Below, one piece after another: positions 60,562 to 64,000 of a stretch of DNA of 64,000 nt (the first letter of the stretch is position 1; each line of letters begins with the position of its first letter). The notes below the pieces were generated by a model, which was not told the origin of the DNA, searched no databases, and saw only the letters and a list, made by a program, of their open reading frames with translations. The DNA comes from an uncultured Actinomycetes bacterium (GTDB taxonomy: Bacteria; Actinomycetota; Actinomycetes; S36-B12; UBA10799). The stretch spans positions 460,310-524,309 of the forward strand of contig CAWJIH010000009.1 of the NCBI GenBank assembly GCA_963842975.1. Reading direction: 5' to 3'. A program made the position numbers and the translations under genes.

Positions 60562-62937
60562 TTACCCGTTGTGCCTAAGCCACACCACTCCCAAGGGGGG
60601 CAGCGACATACTCGCCGAAGCCGGGCGCCCGTGCCACGAGTCTTCCCATGCCATCACCGAGCCGAGGTTGCCGACCCCGGAGCCGCCGTATTCGACCGCG
60701 TCGGTGTTGACGATTTCTGCCCACTCGCCGCTGCGCGGCAGCCCAACCCGGTAGTCCAGGTGTGGCACTGCCGAGAAGTTCGCCAGGCAGGCCACCACGG
60801 ATCCGTCCGCCGACCAACGCAGCCACGAGAAGACGTTGTTGCCGGCGTCGTTGGCGTCGATCCATTCGAAACCTTCGGGAGAGTTGTCCAGCTCCCACAG
60901 GGCCGAGTTTTCGGTGTAGGCGCGGTTGATGTCTCCCACCAGTTGCAGCATGCCGGCGTTCTCGGAGTGATCCAACAGCCACCAGTCCAGCCCGCGGCCT
61001 TCGTTCCACTCGGATTCCTGGGCGAACTCAGAGCCCATGAAGATCAGTTGCTTCCCCGGGTGGGCCCACATGTAGGCGAAGTAGGCGCGCAAGTTGGCCA
61101 GCTGTTGCCACCGGTCTCCGGGCATCTTGCGGAGCAGGGAACCCTTGCCGTGCACAACTTCGTCATGCGAAATCGGCAGGATGTATTGCTCGCTCCACGC
61201 GTAGACCATGGCGAAGGTCATCTCGTGGTGGTGGTACTGCCGGTAGACCGGCTCCCGGGACATGTAGTCCAAGGAGTCGTGCATCCAACCCATGTTCCAC
61301 TTGAAACCGAAACCGAGCCCGCCGAGATGGGTGGGGCGGGTGACGCCGGGCCAGGCGGTGGATTCTTCCGCGATGGTGACGACACCTGGGATCCGCTTGT
61401 AGACGGTGGCGTTCATCTCCTGCAAGAACGCGACCGCTTCCAGATTCTCCCGGCCGCCGTAGGTGTTGGGGGTCCACTCGCCGTCCCGACGCGAGTAGTC
61501 GAGGTAGAGCATCGAGGCCACGGCATCGACCCGCAGACCGTCGATGTGGAACTCCTCGCACCAGTAGACAGCGTTGGCCACCAGGAAGTTGCGCACCTCG
61601 CGACGGCCGAAGTCGAAGACGTAGGTGCCCCAGTCGGGGTGTTCGCCGCGGCGGGGATCCGGGTGTTCGTACAGCGGTGTGCCATCAAAACGAGCAAGCG
61701 CGAACTCGTCCTTCGGGAAGTGCGCGGGCACCCAGTCGACGATTACTCCGATACCGGCCTGATGCAATTTGTCGATCACGTGGCGGAATTCGTCGGGGTT
61801 TCCGAAGCGCGACGTCGGCGCGTAGTACGAGGTCACCTGGTAGCCCCAGGAACCGCCGAACGGGTGCTCCATCACCGGCATGAGCTCAACGTGGGTGAAG
61901 CCCTGGCCCACCACATAGTTGGTGAGATGCTCGGCGAGTTCGGTGTAGGTCAACCCTGGCCGCCATGATCCGAGGTGAACCTCGTAGATGCTCATCGGCC
62001 CGTTATGCGGGTCGGACAGTGCACGACGTTCGAGCCAATCGTCGTCGCTCCACTCGTAGGTGCTATCGAACACCACAGAAGCGGTGGCCGGTGGCACCTC
62101 GGTGTATTGCGCGAACGGGTCGGCTTTGAGTCGGCGCACGCCGTCGCGGCCCAGGATTTCGTACTTGTAGCGGCTTCCAGCGCCGATCTCCGGGACGAAC
62201 AGTTCCCAAACTCCGGAGGCGCCAAGCGTGCGCATCGGGGCACTGGTGCCATCCCAGTAGTTGAAGTCACCCACCACCCGCACACCTTGGGCGTTGGGCG
62301 CCCACACAGCGAAGGACACACCGTGAACGGGGCCGGTGGGGGAGTCGTAGACGTGGGTGTGGGCTCCCATCACTTGCCATAGCTGCTCGTGGCGGCCTTC
62401 GGTGATGAGGTGCAAGTCGATGTCGCCCAAAGTCGGCAGGAACCGGTAGGCATCGTCGGCCGGGAGTGGATCGCCGCCATAGGACACGCTGAGTCGGTAG
62501 TCCGGCACCGACTCCATCGGCAGCGCAGTGCGCCACACGCCGCGGTGCTCGTGGTCCATCGGGTAGCGGTCCTCGCCCACGACGATGTCGACGCCGGTGG
62601 CCGCCGGACGCAGCACTCGGACGGTGACTCCGCCTTCGTGCGGGTGCGGCCCGAGCACCTCGTGGGGGTTGGCGTGCCGGCCCTCGATCAATGCATCGAG
62701 GATGCCGGTGTCCACGGGGACTGGCGACGGGGTCGCCGCGGCGTTCGCTGCTGCCGCTGGTTTCTTAGCGCTGGACTTCTTGGCGGGCGCCTTTATAGCC
62801 GTGGTTTTCTTGGCACTGGTTTTTTTGGCGGGCGCCTTTTTCGCGGTGGTTTTTCTCGTGCTGGACTTCTTGGCGGGCGCCTTCGGCTCACCTGCCGAAG
62901 TGGCTGGTGAGGTGTTCGTCGAGTCTTGCTCGGTCAT
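60562..62937 (-). CDS. glgB: 1,4-alpha-glucan branching enzyme with a Lys/Ala/Pro-rich N-terminal extension
   Basis: GH13 catalytic signatures [20 protein letters not shown] and HDEVVHGK. Start at MTEQDS (aa 28 of the track ORF), sharing one nucleotide with the glgE stop (TGATG). Confidence 0.93.
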   Translation of the reverse strand: MTEQDSTNTSPATSAGEPKAPAKKSSTRKTTAKKAPAKKTSAKKTTAIKAPAKKSSAKKPAAAANAAATPSPVPVDTGILDALIEGRHANPHEVLGPHPHEGGVTVRVLRPAATGVDIVVGEDRYPMDHEHRGVWRTALPMESVPDYRLSVSYGGDPLPADDAYRFLPTLGDIDLHLITEGRHEQLWQVMGAHTHVYDSPTGPVHGVSFAVWAPNAQGVRVVGDFNYWDGTSAPMRTLGASGVWELFVPEIGAGSRYKYEILGRDGVRRLKADPFAQYTEVPPATASVVFDSTYEWSDDDWLERRALSDPHNGPMSIYEVHLGSWRPGLTYTELAEHLTNYVVGQGFTHVELMPVMEHPFGGSWGYQVTSYYAPTSRFGNPDEFRHVIDKLHQAGIGVIVDWVPAHFPKDEFALARFDGTPLYEHPDPRRGEHPDWGTYVFDFGRREVRNFLVANAVYWCEEFHIDGLRVDAVASMLYLDYSRRDGEWTPNTYGGRENLEAVAFLQEMNATVYKRIPGVVTIAEESTAWPGVTRPTHLGGLGFGFKWNMGWMHDSLDYMSREPVYRQYHHHEMTFAMVYAWSEQYILPISHDEVVHGKGSLLRKMPGDRWQQLANLRAYFAYMWAHPGKQLIFMGSEFAQESEWNEGRGLDWWLLDHSENAGMLQLVGDINRAYTENSALWELDNSPEGFEWIDANDAGNNVFSWLRWSADGSVVACLANFSAVPHLDYRVGLPRSGEWAEIVNTDAVEYGGSGVGNLGSVMAWEDSWHGRPASASMSLPPLGVVWLRHNG

Positions 62938-64000
62938 CAGGCTGCTCCCTGCCGAAGGTGGAGGATGTGGGCACATTGAACATGTGGGTCGAGGCGGATG
63001 AAGTTGTGTTCGCGCCAAAGGAAGGTGGTGTCGGTGACTTCGTCACGTACCCGGAACGATTCGTGCCAGTCCATGCCCAACGCTGGCATGTTGAGGTGCA
63101 GGGACGTCTCGCGGGCTGCGTGAGGATCCAAGGTGCACACCACGATCACCGTATCTTCACCATCGGTTTTGGAGAACGCGATGATGTTTTCGTCTTCGAC
63201 GTGGTGGAACGTGAGGTTTCGCAACTGCTGCAACGCCGGGTGGCGACGTCGAATGTCGTTGAGTGTTGCGAGATAGGGAGCCAACGAATCGCCTGCTGCC
63301 TCGGCCGAGTCATAGTCGCGGGGGCGGTAGGAGAATTTCTCGGTATCCAGGTATTCCTCACTACCTGGCTTGAGGGCAACGTGTTCAAAGAGTTCAAATC
63401 CCGAGTAGATGCCGTAGGTCGGCGACAGGGTCGCCGCCAACGTTGCCCGGATTGCGAAGGCGCCGCGGCCGCCGTACTGCAGGTAGGCATGCAGGATGTC
63501 GGGGGTGTTGGCGAAGAAGTTTGGCCGCATGTAGGCCGCGGCTTCCCCGCTGAGGTAGTTCAGGTATTCCTCGAGTTCCCACTTCGAATTTCGCCAGGTG
63601 AAGTAGGTGTAGCTCTGGTGGAATCCGACCTCTGCCAGGGCACGCATCATCGGTGGTCTGGTGAACGCCTCGGCGAGGAAGAGGACATCCGGGTCTGATT
63701 CCCGGATCTCACCCAGCAGTCGGTCCCAGAAACGCACCGGCTTGGTGTGCGGATTGTCCACCCGGAAGATGCGGATGCCGCGATCCATCCAGAAGTGCAG
63801 GATGCGCAGCGATTCGGCGTGTAAACCCTCCGGATCGCCGTCAAACCAGATCGGGTAGATGTCCTGGTACTTCTTGGGCGGATTCTCCGCGTAGGCGATC
63901 GTGCCGTCCGCGCGGAGCAGGAACCACGGCTTGCCGGCGGTTGCCCAGGGATGATCCGGCGACACTTGCAGGGCGAAGTCCAGCGCCACCTCCATGCCGA
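62937..64000 (-). CDS. glgE: alpha-1,4-glucan:maltose-1-phosphate maltosyltransferase, C-terminal part (5' end lies beyond the window)
   Basis: [32 protein letters not shown]. The frame remains open to nt 64000. Confidence 0.9.
   Translation of the reverse strand, partial: GMEVALDFALQVSPDHPWATAGKPWFLLRADGTIAYAENPPKKYQDIYPIWFDGDPEGLHAESLRILHFWMDRGIRIFRVDNPHTKPVRFWDRLLGEIRESDPDVLFLAEAFTRPPMMRALAEVGFHQSYTYFTWRNSKWELEEYLNYLSGEAAAYMRPNFFANTPDILHAYLQYGGRGAFAIRATLAATLSPTYGIYSGFELFEHVALKPGSEEYLDTEKFSYRPRDYDSAEAAGDSLAPYLATLNDIRRRHPALQQLRNLTFHHVEDENIIAFSKTDGEDTVIVVCTLDPHAARETSLHLNMPALGMDWHESFRVRDEVTDTTFLWREHNFIRLDPHVQCAHILHLRQGAA

Overview
This is a GC-rich actinobacterial chromosomal window, almost fully coding. 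No rRNA, CRISPR array, transposase or integrase was recognised.

The backbone is the conserved housekeeping block known from Mycobacterium tuberculosis Rv1292-Rv1327c. In order it runs: tRNA-Arg, argS-lysA-hom-thrC-thrB, rho, rpmE-prfA-prmC, tsaC, wecA, the complete F1Fo ATP synthase operon, a PduO-type corrinoid adenosyltransferase, murA, nucS, a thioredoxin-TPR protein, and glgE-glgB.

Several things are interleaved with this backbone:
- A dispersed set of ethylmalonyl-CoA-pathway and B12-dependent acyl-CoA mutase genes: hbd, ecm/meaA, a tandem-fused double 3-hydroxyacyl-CoA dehydrogenase, an epimerase-ccr pair, a thiolase-meaB pair, and an IcmA-like mutase large subunit.
- murT-gatD, placed directly downstream of glgB.
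- Small transporter and hydrolase modules.
- A ~4.4 kb accessory patch between meaB and the IcmA-like gene. It holds an antitoxin fragment, vapBC, an ABM-monooxygenase/Fe-ADH pair and a DUF559-type protein. It is punctuated by three copies of a 67-bp element with 14-bp terminal inverted repeats.

Other notable points:
- Three genes (thrB, glyA and a small ParB/Srx-like ORF) each carry an apparent single extra base that breaks the frame.
- tsaC is inverted relative to the conserved operon, with an 11-bp microduplication at the junction.
- Rho has a long disordered insertion encoded partly by 3 x 36-bp tandem repeats.
- GlgB has a Lys/Ala/Pro-rich N-terminal tail.
- MurA has Asp in place of the fosfomycin-target Cys.

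I did not find a convincing multi-gene system of wholly unknown function. The repeat-punctuated patch is the least explained structure.

All functional calls rest on motif and family recognition by eye. No database search was possible.
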